Assembly (NCBI GenBank): GCA_007280395.1
Contig: QYQH01000004.1
Coordinates: 1 to 50,077, forward strand
Direction of reading: 5' to 3'
Origin: Actinomycetales bacterium
GTDB taxonomy: Bacteria; Actinomycetota; Actinomycetes; Nanopelagicales; Nanopelagicaceae
Length of the DNA stretch: 50,077 nucleotides
In this document: piece after piece, positions 40,795 through 50,077 of the stretch
Layout of the letters: each line of letters begins with the position of its first letter
Numbering within the stretch: the first letter of the stretch is position 1
The notes under the pieces: generated by a model
Databases searched by the model: none
What the model was told of the DNA's origin: nothing
What the model saw: only the letters and a program-made list of their open reading frames with translations
Program-made: the position numbers and the translations under genes

Positions 40795-41982
40795 TTAATT
40801 TCCTGCAGCTTTTTGGAAAGCTTCAGTCCAAGAAGTTTCTTCATCAGTTGTTAGCGAGCGGAAGACATGTAAGTTCGCGAGGGTTTTTTCAGTTGGGAAA
40901 ATATATTCACTCTTTGCTAGCTCTGGATCGATCTTCTCCATCTCAGCTTGAGCGCCTTTTACTGGACATACATAATTTACATATGCCGCAACTTGCGCAG
41001 CAACTGCTGGATCGTAGTAATAATTAATAAGCGCTTCAGCGCTTTTCTTGGCTTCAGCTGTTGCGGTGTAAGGAATCATCAAGTTATCTCCAGAAATTGT
41101 TCCGCCAGATTCTGGAATTGCGAAATCAAATTTGCCCTTATTCTCTGAAGCAAGGATGAACATATCTCCGGACCAGCCTATAACTGCGGCTGCATCGCCA
41201 GAGGTTAAATCTTGAGCGTATTCATTTCCCTTAACTCCTCGAATCCAACCATCAGAAATCTTCTTTGCCATAAAATCTACAGCGCTCATATATTGATTTT
41301 CAGTGACCTTTGTAATATCAACACCTTGCGCAAGGAGAATAATTCCAATGGTGTCACGCAATTCACTTAGGACCACAATCTTGCCCTTGTTCTGAGGAGC
41401 AAAGAGATCATCAAGTGTGCGAATTCCCTTTGGATTCTTCGCTGTGTTCCAACCAAAGCCCGACATAATTCCCTGCCAGGTAAGTGATTGTTCACGCTTT
41501 GGATCATAAGAAGGGCTAGCTAATGTAGCTAAAATATTTGATGCATTTGGAATATTGGCGCCATCGAATTTTTGGGTGTAACCAAGTCGAATCCAACGTG
41601 CAGCCATCCAATCGGTAGGCGTCACGATGTCATATCCAATATCTTTCTTTAATTTTAATTGCGCTTGAACTTTGCCGAAGAACTCATCGTTATCGTTGTA
41701 ATCTTCGAAATACTTTGTTTCAATTCCGGTCTTCTTGATGAATGCCTCAAGTGAAGGGTACTTCTTGGTCTTGCTATCAAAATCTAAGTAAAGCGGCCAG
41801 TTTCCCCAACGTAACGCTGCGCCTTTTCCGCCAGAACTTCCACCACTTGATCCACAAGATGCAAGAAAAGCTGCGGCGCCTACGCCACCGATACCGGCAA
41901 ATACTCCGCGTCTTGAAATTTTCGCGGAAATAATATCTTTCAATCCTGGTTGGATCTCTTCGTGGGAGTTATCTGTAGTCAT
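40795..41982 (-). CDS. potD: Polyamine ABC substrate-binding lipoprotein PotD/PotF with Tat signal
   Basis: SRRGVF twin-arginine motif and LASC lipobox; NWPLY, GWSGD, DNLMIP. Confidence 0.87.
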   Translation of the reverse strand: MTTDNSHEEIQPGLKDIISAKISRRGVFAGIGGVGAAAFLASCGSSGGSSGGKGAALRWGNWPLYLDFDSKTKKYPSLEAFIKKTGIETKYFEDYNDNDEFFGKVQAQLKLKKDIGYDIVTPTDWMAARWIRLGYTQKFDGANIPNASNILATLASPSYDPKREQSLTWQGIMSGFGWNTAKNPKGIRTLDDLFAPQNKGKIVVLSELRDTIGIILLAQGVDITKVTENQYMSAVDFMAKKISDGWIRGVKGNEYAQDLTSGDAAAVIGWSGDMFILASENKGKFDFAIPESGGTISGDNLMIPYTATAEAKKSAEALINYYYDPAVAAQVAAYVNYVCPVKGAQAEMEKIDPELAKSEYIFPTEKTLANLHVFRSLTTDEETSWTEAFQKAAGN

Positions 41983-42038
41983 TGCACCACTCTCTTCTTA
42001 GGGCTAGCTCGTAATCAGCAACTATTGAGAACGGGGAA

Positions 42039-42070
42039 AGTCTAGCCCCACGAAGTTGCGATATTGCAAC
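42039..42070 (-). promoter_or_regulatory. potD promoter (-10 TAGACT) with near-perfect palindrome GTTGCGATATTGCAAC
   Basis: TAGACT at 42039-42044; palindrome at 42055-42070 over the -35 region. Confidence 0.5.
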
Positions 42071-42107
42071 AGAAATGAGGCGAGTTTTTCCAAAAAATTA
42101 CTGGGGA

Positions 42108-43535
42108 TTAGGCGTTGAGGTTTGTCATGATGTGTTTGATACGGGTGTAATCCTCGAAGCCATAGCTCGAGAGATCCTTGCCATAACCAGAGCGCTTGAA
42201 TCCACCATGTGGCATCTCAGCGACGATCGGGATGTGGGTATTAATCCAGACACAACCAAAATCAAAGGCTCTTGCACATCTCATTGCTCGACCATGATTA
42301 CTTGTCCAGACACTTGAAGCAAGGCCGTAGGCAACGCCGTTAGCCATTGAAATCGCTTCTGCCTCATCCTTAAATTTTTGGACAGTAATTACTGGTCCAA
42401 AAATCTCGTTCTGAATCATCTCGTCATCTTGGCGAAGGCCTGCGATAACTGTTGGTGCGAAGAAATAACCTGGACGATCAACTTTGCTTCCACCAGCAAC
42501 AATCTTCGCGTGGCTTGGGGTGCGCTCAACAAAGCCAGAAACTCGCGCAAGTTGGTCGGCGTTATTTAGAGCGCCATAAAGCACATCTTCAGTTGGGCCA
42601 CCAGTTGCAATATTATTCTTTGCTTGATTTGCAAGAAGTTCGACAAATTTATCGTAGACATTTTCCTGGACTATTACTCGAGTAGCCGCAGTGCAATCCT
42701 GGCCAGCATTAAAGAAGCCAGTGATTGCTATATTTTCAGCAGCGTTTTCAAGGTCGGCATCATCAAATACAACTACTGGGGCTTTACCACCAAGTTCAAG
42801 GTGTACTCGCTTTAATTCACTCGCTGCAGATTTAGCAACTTCAATACCTGCACGAACTGATCCGGTAATCGAAACCATGGCAGGTATCTTGTGTTCAACA
42901 AGTGTGCGTCCAGTTTCACGGTCGCCACAAATAACATTAAATACGCCCTTTGGTAGAAACTCTGACATAACTTCTGCCATAAATACAGTTGATGCTGGAG
43001 TTGTATCACTTGGCTTTAAAACAACAGTGTTGCCTGCTGCAATTGCCGGTGCCCACTTCCAAACCGCCATCATCATTGGATAGTTCCATGGGGTTACTTG
43101 TGCGCATACGCCGATTGGTTCACGACGGATAAATGAGGTCATTCCGCGCATATATTCGCCCGCTGATTTACCTTCAAGATTTCTGGCAGCACCCGCAAAG
43201 AAGCGAATCTGATCTAACATCGGTGGAACTTCTTCGGAAGTAGTTAGAGATATTGGCTTACCGGTGTTCTCCACCTCTATTGCAATTAGCTCATCACTTC
43301 TTGCCTCGAAGGCATCTGCAATTTTATTTAGTGCGCGTTGACGTTCAGCTGGAGTTGTATCGCGCCATTCGACAAAAGCGCTACTTGCGGCGCTGAGTGC
43401 GCTATCGACATCATCCACTCCAGAGACTGGGGCTGTTGCATATGCCTGACCTGTGGCTGGATTAATAATTTCACTTGTTGCACCAGACTTTGCTGGTAAG
43501 GATTTTCCAGCAATAAAGTTATTTAGCTTTTTCAT
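42108..43535 (-). CDS. Gamma-aminobutyraldehyde dehydrogenase (PatD/YdcW-like)
   Basis: [41 protein letters not shown]. Confidence 0.88.
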   Translation of the reverse strand: MKKLNNFIAGKSLPAKSGATSEIINPATGQAYATAPVSGVDDVDSALSAASSAFVEWRDTTPAERQRALNKIADAFEARSDELIAIEVENTGKPISLTTSEEVPPMLDQIRFFAGAARNLEGKSAGEYMRGMTSFIRREPIGVCAQVTPWNYPMMMAVWKWAPAIAAGNTVVLKPSDTTPASTVFMAEVMSEFLPKGVFNVICGDRETGRTLVEHKIPAMVSITGSVRAGIEVAKSAASELKRVHLELGGKAPVVVFDDADLENAAENIAITGFFNAGQDCTAATRVIVQENVYDKFVELLANQAKNNIATGGPTEDVLYGALNNADQLARVSGFVERTPSHAKIVAGGSKVDRPGYFFAPTVIAGLRQDDEMIQNEIFGPVITVQKFKDEAEAISMANGVAYGLASSVWTSNHGRAMRCARAFDFGCVWINTHIPIVAEMPHGGFKRSGYGKDLSSYGFEDYTRIKHIMTNLNA

Positions 43536-44646
43536 CCTCAGAGATTATCTCGGACGCGGCCAATTGACCACATGCGCCATCAATTTCTCGACCTCTTGTG
43601 TCTCGAACCGTTACTGGAACTTTATAGCTCTCTAAAACCCGAACGAACTCCGCTTCATCTTCGGGGCGAGATGCAGTCCATTTTGAACCAGGGGTTGGAT
43701 TTAGTGGGATTAAATTCACATGGGCATTTCGATTCTTCAAAAGACGTCCCAATAAATCTGCGCGCCAAGCCTGATCATTAATGTCCCGAATCATGGCGTA
43801 TTCAATTGAATAGCGTCGACCTGTCTTTGCTTCATATTTATCAGCAGCGGCTAAAACTTCACGAACTTTCCAGCGCGAGTTGATAGGAACCAAAGTATCG
43901 CGAAGTTCATCATCCGGAGTGTGAAGTGAGACTGCAAGTGTTACTGGAATTCCTTCATCGCAAAGTTTCTCAATTCCATTTACTAAACCAACCGTTGAAA
44001 GCGTTACCGACCTTGCACCAATTCCAAGTCCATCTGGTTGTGGCGCGGTGATATTTCTAATTGAACGCATTACTGGGTTGTAGTTAGCCATTGGTTCGCC
44101 CATGCCCATGAAGACCACATTTGAAAGTCTGGTTTCTCCGCCCGGTAATTCGCCATCAGCACAGATTCGTGCAGCTGCAACAACTTGAGCGGTAATTTCG
44201 CCGGCAGTTAGATTGCGGGTTAGCCCTGCTTGCCCGGTTGCACAGAAAGGACAATTCATTCCACAGCCAGCTTGTGAAGAGATGCAGACCGTAGTGCGAT
44301 CGGAATAGCGCATCAGGACGCTCTCGACTAAAACTCCGTCATGCAATCGCCATAAATCTTTACGAGTCTTGCCACTATCTGTTGTAACAGATTTAACCAG
44401 GGTAATTAACTTTGGAACGAACTCTTTGGCAAGGGTCTCACGAAGATCTTTCGGGATATCACTCCAGGTTTCAGTATCGTCGTTGTAATGTGTAAAGAAG
44501 TGAACCGCCATCTGGTTTGCCCGAAATGCTGGAATTCCAAGTTCAATTGCTAAGGCTTTGCGCTCGGCCGGATCTAAGTCCGCAAAATGTTTTGGTGGCT
44601 TTACTCGTTGCTTTGGCTCGTCAAAGACTAATTTTAACTCGCTCAT
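43519..44646 (-). CDS. rlmN: 23S rRNA (adenine(2503)-C2)-methyltransferase
   Basis: [27 protein letters not shown]. Confidence 0.97.
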   Translation of the reverse strand: MSELKLVFDEPKQRVKPPKHFADLDPAERKALAIELGIPAFRANQMAVHFFTHYNDDTETWSDIPKDLRETLAKEFVPKLITLVKSVTTDSGKTRKDLWRLHDGVLVESVLMRYSDRTTVCISSQAGCGMNCPFCATGQAGLTRNLTAGEITAQVVAAARICADGELPGGETRLSNVVFMGMGEPMANYNPVMRSIRNITAPQPDGLGIGARSVTLSTVGLVNGIEKLCDEGIPVTLAVSLHTPDDELRDTLVPINSRWKVREVLAAADKYEAKTGRRYSIEYAMIRDINDQAWRADLLGRLLKNRNAHVNLIPLNPTPGSKWTASRPEDEAEFVRVLESYKVPVTVRDTRGREIDGACGQLAASEIISEDEKAK

Positions 44647-45491
44647 ATCTTGAAGTGCCTAATAAATTCGAGAGCAAACCAGACCGCTGGTCCAGTGAAT
44701 AAGACGGAGTCGATTCGATCGAGCATTCCCCCGTGGCCAGGCAAAATAGTACCCATATCTTTTATCGCTAAATCTCGCTTCACGGCTGATTCAATTAAAT
44801 CCCCACATGTTGCAGTAACTACCGCAAGTAAACCAATTGCCGCACCGATCCACCAAGTATGCCCAAGTGCATATTGAAATATCAGCGCTGAACCAATAGT
44901 TGTTGCAATTATTGAACCAATTAAACCTTCCCAAGTCTTCTTTGGAGAGATGTGAAGAGCCAGTGGGTGTTTGCCAATTAAGACCCCAAAAATATAAGCG
45001 AAGGTATCGTTACAACTTACGAGAACTACGAGCGTGAAAATTCGAGCAAGACCCTCTTTATCGTGGGCTAGCAGCAGAATAAAACCGCCGAGAAAAGCTA
45101 GATAAAATATTGCAAATGCTGCAGCAGTAGATTTACGGACAAAATCTTTAGGGTTTTTGAAGAGAATATAAACCAAGACATTTGGGATTGCGATCGCGGT
45201 TGCAACTGCCAATCCAGATACTCGACCAAACCAAGCAGCCGCAAGCAGAATAGTTATTGCTGCTGCTATTACATTTCCTGGAAGTTCAATGCCGCCAGCC
45301 TTATATGCCCGAATTAGCTCTCTTGCTGCTAAAAGTATTGCAACCCAAACAAAAATTGCGAAGAGAAATTTAACAAATGAAATAGTTACAAAGACCACTG
45401 CGAGGAGGGAAAGTGAAACAAGGATTGAAGGCCCTAATTTGCGTCCAGCCCTGGCATTGATCGCCTCATTTAGCGAGTGAAAGTCATCCAT
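44643..45491 (-). CDS. cdsA: Phosphatidate cytidylyltransferase
   Basis: [19 protein letters not shown]...[17 protein letters not shown]. Confidence 0.96.
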   Translation of the reverse strand: MDDFHSLNEAINARAGRKLGPSILVSLSLLAVVFVTISFVKFLFAIFVWVAILLAARELIRAYKAGGIELPGNVIAAAITILLAAAWFGRVSGLAVATAIAIPNVLVYILFKNPKDFVRKSTAAAFAIFYLAFLGGFILLLAHDKEGLARIFTLVVLVSCNDTFAYIFGVLIGKHPLALHISPKKTWEGLIGSIIATTIGSALIFQYALGHTWWIGAAIGLLAVVTATCGDLIESAVKRDLAIKDMGTILPGHGGMLDRIDSVLFTGPAVWFALEFIRHFKI

Positions 45492-45494
45492 AAT

Positions 45495-46058
45495 TTAAAC
45501 TTCGAGAAGTTCGGCCTCTTTATGCTTCAAGAGTTCATCGATTTTTGCTACGTGATCTGAAGTTATCTTCTCTAAATCTTTCTCACCGCGAGCTACATCA
45601 TCTTTCCCAGCAAGTCCATCCTTCTCTAACTTCTCCATCGCCTCTTTTGCGGTGCGGCGAATGTTGCGAATTGAGATTCGAGAATCCTCAGCCTTATTAC
45701 GTGCAACCTTGATGTAATCCTTACGACGCTCTTCAGTTAATTGTGGGAAATTTACGCGAATAACGCCACCATCGGATGCTGGATTTACCCCGAGATCTGA
45801 TTCGCGAATCGCTTTTTCGATTGCTGCCGATGCGCCTTTATCGAATGGCGAAACAATCGCCATACGTGGTTCTGGAACTTGGAAAGAGGCAAGTTGTGAG
45901 AGCGGTGTCATTGCTCCATAATAATCGACGACAATCTTCGCAAACATCGCAGGATGGGCGCGACCAGTACGAATTGCGCCGAAATCTTCCTTCGCAACTT
46001 CAACTGCCTTATTCATCTTCGAAGTTGCATCACCTAAAGCTGTTGAAATATCGCTCAT
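45495..46058 (-). CDS. frr: Ribosome recycling factor
   Basis: IRTGRA, LTEERRK, IRNIRR. Confidence 0.98.
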   Translation of the reverse strand: MSDISTALGDATSKMNKAVEVAKEDFGAIRTGRAHPAMFAKIVVDYYGAMTPLSQLASFQVPEPRMAIVSPFDKGASAAIEKAIRESDLGVNPASDGGVIRVNFPQLTEERRKDYIKVARNKAEDSRISIRNIRRTAKEAMEKLEKDGLAGKDDVARGEKDLEKITSDHVAKIDELLKHKEAELLEV

Positions 46059-46075
46059 GTTCTCCCCTTATAGCC

Positions 46076-46792
46076 TTACGAAACTAAAGTTCCGACGCTA
46101 TCGCCACGAACTGCTCGTGCGATATTGCCCTTGTTCTTCAAATCGAAAACAACAATCGGAAGGTTATTTTCTCGGCATAAACTAAATGCCGCGGCATCTG
46201 CTACTGCTAATGACTTAGATAAAACATCATCGAAACTTATGTTCTGGTACTTAACTGCTGAGGGATCCTTCTTTGGATCGGCTGAATAAACACCATCAAC
46301 TCCACTCTTTGCGAGTAAGAGCGCTTCGGCACAAACTTCAAGTGCGCGTTGCGCAGCAACGGTATCTGTTGTAAAGAATGGCATTCCAGCACCAGCACCG
46401 AAAATTACTACGCGCCCCTTTTCTAAGTGTCGGATAGCGCGGCGAGGAATATAAGGCTCAGCAACTTGCCCCATTGTGATTGCGGTCTGTACTCGGGTAT
46501 CAATACCCTCTTTTTCTAAAAAATCTTGAAGCGCTAGACAGTTCATAACTGTTCCGAGCATTCCCATATAGTCGGCGCGAGCGCGATCCATTCCACGTTG
46601 TTGTAGTTCTGCGCCACGGAAATAATTACCGCCACCTACAACGATTCCGATTTGAATTCCGCTGCGAACTACATCAGCGATTTGAGTTGCAACATCATGA
46701 ACTACATCGGGATCTACACCGATACCTTTTTCGCCACCAAATACTTCGCCAGAAAGTTTAAGGAGCACTCTCTTATAACCTTTGCGGGCCAT
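46076..46792 (-). CDS. pyrH: UMP kinase
   Basis: [28 protein letters not shown]. Confidence 0.98.
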   Translation of the reverse strand: MARKGYKRVLLKLSGEVFGGEKGIGVDPDVVHDVATQIADVVRSGIQIGIVVGGGNYFRGAELQQRGMDRARADYMGMLGTVMNCLALQDFLEKEGIDTRVQTAITMGQVAEPYIPRRAIRHLEKGRVVIFGAGAGMPFFTTDTVAAQRALEVCAEALLLAKSGVDGVYSADPKKDPSAVKYQNISFDDVLSKSLAVADAAAFSLCRENNLPIVVFDLKNKGNIARAVRGDSVGTLVS

Positions 46793-46851
46793 ATTTAAGT
46801 GCTCCTTATCTACTTTTCTTACTAGTTTCTTATTAGTTCTAATAGGCGAGA

Positions 46852-47679
46852 TTACTGTCCAACTCGGAATCGGTGAAATGCCGACACGGCTGTCTTTGCC
46901 TCATCTGCGATTTGCTGAACGGTCTTCTTGGCATCTTTAGCGAAGGCTTGCTCAAGCAAGCTAACTTCCTTAACAAAACCAGTTACGCGGCCCTCAACAA
47001 TCTTGGCGATTGATGCCTCAGGCTTACCCTCTGCGCGGGCACTCTCTTCGGCGATGCGACGTTCGGTCTCAATGCTTTCGGCAGGAATATCTTCGCGACG
47101 AACGAATTGTGGAGCGAATGCTGCAATATGTTGCGCAATATCTTTTCCAGCTTCAGCTGCATCCTTAACAAGTTGAACCAAAACTCCAAGTTGTGGTGGC
47201 AAATCTGGGCTAGTGCGATGCAAATAAAGTGAGACTGGAGAACCTTGAAGAACTGCTACCCGGCGAAGTTCGATCTTCTCGCCGAGAGTTGCATTTCCTA
47301 AGTCAATTACTTCTTGAACAGTCTTACCGTTTGCCATTTTTGATGCGCCAAACTCTGCAATCTCGCCAATCTTGCTTGAAAGCAAGTGGGCTAGAAGTTC
47401 ATCTGCAAGCTCTTGGAAGCGATCGCCCTTTGCGACGAAATCAGTTTCACAATTCAATTCAAGCATTACGCCAACATCGCCCTCAGCCTTAGCAAGCACC
47501 AAACCATTTGATGTTGTACGGCCTTCGCGCTTTGTTACGCCTTTTTGCCCCTTAACGCGGATAATTTCAACGGCTTTTTCGTAATCGCCATCTGCTTCAT
47601 CAAGCGCCTTCTTGCAATCAAGCATTCCGGCAGCTGTTGCTTCGCGTAATCTCTTTACATCTTCAGCGGTGTAAGCCAA
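46852..47679 (-). CDS. tsf: Elongation factor Ts (start corrected to TTG at 47679)
   Basis: (M)[33 protein letters not shown]; SD-like GGAG within the last rpsB codons. Confidence 0.97.
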   Translation of the reverse strand: MAYTAEDVKRLREATAAGMLDCKKALDEADGDYEKAVEIIRVKGQKGVTKREGRTTSNGLVLAKAEGDVGVMLELNCETDFVAKGDRFQELADELLAHLLSSKIGEIAEFGASKMANGKTVQEVIDLGNATLGEKIELRRVAVLQGSPVSLYLHRTSPDLPPQLGVLVQLVKDAAEAGKDIAQHIAAFAPQFVRREDIPAESIETERRIAEESARAEGKPEASIAKIVEGRVTGFVKEVSLLEQAFAKDAKKTVQQIADEAKTAVSAFHRFRVGQ

Positions 47680-47684
47680 TTTAA

Positions 47685-48539
47685 TTATTCTCCTGTTACT
47701 TCTGTAATTGCTTCTGTAGTTGTTTCTGTAGTTACCTCTGCGGCTGGAGCATCGCCCTTTGCGAGAAGATCTTTCTCCCAATCAGCAAGTGGTTCTTCGC
47801 TCTTTGCAGTTTCAGCAACTGGTGCGACCTTATCGGCAGCAGCGGCTGCATTTGCAGAGCGTGCAGCAAGACCAGCAATTGCAGCATCAGTAATAACGCG
47901 GGTTAGAAGTGCAATTGAACGAATCGCATCATCGTTACCGGGGATCTTGTAATCGACTTCATCTGGATCGCAATTTGTATCCAAGATTGCAACTACTGGA
48001 ATTCCTAGCTTGTGTGCTTCTGCAACAGCAAGGTGCTCTTTCTTAGTATCAACAACCCAAATTGCGCTAGGTAACTTAGTCATGTTGCGGATACCTTCAA
48101 GGTTCTTAGTTAGCTTCTCGCGTTCGCGACGAAGAACTAGGAGTTCCTTCTTTGTTAAAAGTTGGTCATTTGTATTCTCGAGAAGTTCGAGTTCCTTAAG
48201 ACGTTGAATTCGCTTGTATACGGTTGGGAAGTTTGTAAGCATTCCACCAAGCCAGCGCTCTGTAACGTAAGGCATTTGCACGCGAGCAGATTGCGCCTTG
48301 ATTGACTCATGTGCTTGCTTCTTGGTTCCTACGAAGAGGATATGTCCGCCTTTAGCAACGGTGTCTTTAATGAATTCGTAAGCACTATCAATTAGTGCAA
48401 GTGATTGTTGGATGTCGATGATGTAAATACCGTTGCGCTCAGCAAATATGTAGCGCTTCATCTTTGGATTCCATCGACGAGTTTGGTGTCCGAAGTGGAC
48501 TCCGCTGTCGAGAAGTTCTCGCATTGTTACAACCGCCAT
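47685..48539 (-). CDS. rpsB: 30S ribosomal protein S2
   Basis: [33 protein letters not shown]. Confidence 0.99.
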   Translation of the reverse strand: MAVVTMRELLDSGVHFGHQTRRWNPKMKRYIFAERNGIYIIDIQQSLALIDSAYEFIKDTVAKGGHILFVGTKKQAHESIKAQSARVQMPYVTERWLGGMLTNFPTVYKRIQRLKELELLENTNDQLLTKKELLVLRREREKLTKNLEGIRNMTKLPSAIWVVDTKKEHLAVAEAHKLGIPVVAILDTNCDPDEVDYKIPGNDDAIRSIALLTRVITDAAIAGLAARSANAAAAADKVAPVAETAKSEEPLADWEKDLLAKGDAPAAEVTTETTTEAITEVTGE

Positions 48540-48719
48540 GGCGGCACACTCCTTCTTGCCAACTTCTTGCGAAGTTAGCTCTCGGTTAATGGACCAACTT
48601 TTGTTGGCCCTCTAGCACTTAAACGCCGACCAGTTGCCTGGACCGAAATGGCTCTTGCTAAGTGCGTGAAGTCACCGCAATCTCACTTTTACATGGGTCG
48701 TGGTGCAGGGCAAATACTA
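48540..48719 (-). promoter_or_regulatory. rpsB promoter (-10 TAGTAT) and long structured leader, probable S2 autoregulatory leader
   Basis: TAGTAT at 48714-48719; hairpins CCAAC-AAAA-GTTGG and GCTAACTTC-GCAA-GAAGTTGGC (48558-48579) just before SD AAGGAG. Confidence 0.55.
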
Positions 48720-48760
48720 CCCGAGGAAATGTGATCCAAAATCCACCACAATAGCCAGCG

Positions 48761-49681
48761 TTATGCGCGTGGATGGGCCTGTTTGAAGGCTTGTTGAAGT
48801 CTTTGAGTTGAAACGTGAGTATAAATCTGAGTAGTTGCAAGTGATGCATGTCCCAATATCTCTTGCACCGTTCGTAAATCGGCACCGCCTTCCAATAAAT
48901 GCGTTGCTGCAGAATGTCTCAATGCGTGAGGCCCCATACGTTCATAACCTTCTAGCGCAGATAGCGCTTCATATACAACGGTTCGAACTGCACGTTGATC
49001 AATTCTTTTCCCACGAGCCCCCAAGAAGAGTGCGTTCACTGAAATATTTGTTGCAACATGTGGGCGTCCATCTTTGATCCACGCCTTTAATGCTTTCATA
49101 GCTGGGTTGCCAATAGGAATTGTCCGTTCCTTATTTCCTTTACCTAATACGCGAATTGTTTGTCGCTCATAATCTACTGAATCAAAATCTAGGCCACACA
49201 ACTCACTCACTCGGGCTCCGCTTGCATACAGCACTTCAACCATCGCACAATCTCGCAGCGATATGGGTGAATCTCCTTCTTCTCCAACGCGAAGTGCAAG
49301 AGCGTCCATTGCAAGAGTTGCACTAGGAATATCTAATACTTCAGGAAGCGTGCGGTGTGGTTTTGGCGTTACTAGTTGCACTCCAACATCAGTTTCTGTA
49401 TATCCCTTTTTCTTCGCCCACTTAGTAAATAATCGTATAGATACTGCTCTGCGAGATAATGAAGTGCGAGCTCCACCTTTTACTTGCATATTGGCAAGCC
49501 ATGAACGAATGTGAGAAAGTTCTAATTTCGAAATATCGGTAATACCTAGAGCGCCTAAATGTGCCGTCAAACTCTCAAGATCACCAAGGTAGGCACGGAT
49601 TGTGTGATCGGAGAGGTGACGTTCTGTTCGTAAATTCTTTTCAAATGCGTCAATAATTTCTGCGAATTCAGAGTTAGACAT
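48761..49681 (-). CDS. xerC: Tyrosine recombinase XerC
   Basis: LYASGARVSE, GKGNKER, PHALRHSAATHLLEGGADLR..QEILGH, TTQIYTH; upstream of rpsB as usual in Actinomycetota. Confidence 0.93.
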   Translation of the reverse strand: MSNSEFAEIIDAFEKNLRTERHLSDHTIRAYLGDLESLTAHLGALGITDISKLELSHIRSWLANMQVKGGARTSLSRRAVSIRLFTKWAKKKGYTETDVGVQLVTPKPHRTLPEVLDIPSATLAMDALALRVGEEGDSPISLRDCAMVEVLYASGARVSELCGLDFDSVDYERQTIRVLGKGNKERTIPIGNPAMKALKAWIKDGRPHVATNISVNALFLGARGKRIDQRAVRTVVYEALSALEGYERMGPHALRHSAATHLLEGGADLRTVQEILGHASLATTQIYTHVSTQRLQQAFKQAHPRA

Positions 49682-49690
49682 GTACCTAGG

Positions 49691-50077
49691 TTACTCGGAG
49701 GTCCTGCCTTGTCGGATGAGGCCGAAGGTAAGCGCATCCTCGAGCGCCATCGCCGAGGCTGCAATAACGTTTTCGTGCACGCCAATGGTGCTCCATTCAC
49801 CATGTCCATCACTTGTTTCAACTAATACGCGCGTTACCGCTCCAGTTCCTAAGCGACCTTCAAGGATTCGAACCTTGTAATCTGTGAGTTCAAGAATTTC
49901 TAACTCAGGGTAAAACTGTTTTAACCCAGAACGAAGCGCGTTATCGAATGCGTTAACGGGTCCGTTTCCTTGACCATTGCAAGAGATCTTTTTACCTTGT
50001 GCAGTAATTGTTACTTCAGCTTTAGTTGTAATGCTTTGATCAGCTGATTTCTCAACAGTGGTAAGCCAATGTTCAAT
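49691..50077 (-). CDS. cimA: Citramalate synthase, C-terminal regulatory domain (5' part outside window; not in ORF track)
   Basis: Manual translation: ...GNGPVNAFDNALR...YPEL..LELTDYKVRILEG..GTGAVTRVLVETSDG.GEWSTIGVHENVIAAS..AL.D...*. Confidence 0.85.
   Translation of the reverse strand: MEHWLTTVEKSADQSITTKAEVTITAQGKKISCNGQGNGPVNAFDNALRSGLKQFYPELEILELTDYKVRILEGRLGTGAVTRVLVETSDGHGEWSTIGVHENVIAASAMALEDALTFGLIRQGRTSE

Noticed and set aside
47680-47781. N-terminal extension of EF-Ts in the ORF track
   Set aside because: It overlaps rpsB out of frame; EF-Ts similarity starts at the TTG at 47679.
48761-49681. Tyrosine recombinase as a possible prophage or island integrase
   Set aside because: Its length, motifs and position before rpsB fit housekeeping XerC, and there are no att sites or cargo genes.
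49709-49731. TTGTCGG as a second PafBC-type promoter near xerC
   Set aside because: It is on the wrong strand for xerC, has no TANNNT at the 10-nt spacing, and lies inside cimA.
188-49880. Numerous plus-strand and alternate-frame ORFs in the ORF track (e.g. 6514-7050, 35847-36410, 27392-27949, 27916-28362)
   Set aside because: They are antisense or off-frame shadows of well-identified genes and have no recognisable motifs.

Overview
A 50-kb segment of core chromosome from a small-genome, moderately low-GC actinobacterium. Gene content, short intergenic spacers and protein character suggest the freshwater acI lineage (Nanopelagicales, Planktophila-like); this is inferred, not tested. Almost everything is on the minus strand. 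In transcription order (right to left): cimA (partial), xerC, rpsB-tsf-pyrH-frr-cdsA-rlmN, a polyamine cluster (aminobutyraldehyde dehydrogenase, potDABC, FAD oxidoreductase), dxr-rip1-ispG-proS, a TSUP transporter, rimP-nusA-ylxR-infB-rbfA-truB-ribF-rpsO-pnp-pepR-dapB-mycoredoxin, azlCD (the only plus-strand genes), thyX-dapA-rnj-ftsK-rodZ-rimO-pgsA-cinA-clgR-TetR-DUF3046, a 5.5-kb accessory catabolic operon (DeoR, BtpA/SgcQ, FGGY kinase, SDR, APC amino-acid-type permease), then recA-recX (partial). I found no tRNA, rRNA, CRISPR or IS element. The most interesting signals are: (1) a relay of three coupled mini-ORFs with a strong Shine-Dalgarno directly upstream of infB; (2) the orphan BtpA/FGGY/SDR operon paired with an amino-acid-type permease, with a perfect operator palindrome; (3) a 9-bp tandem repeat forming a slidable hairpin in the rodZ leader; (4) a dual LexA and PafBC-type recA promoter; (5) pervasive leaderless promoters, several embedded in the upstream gene.
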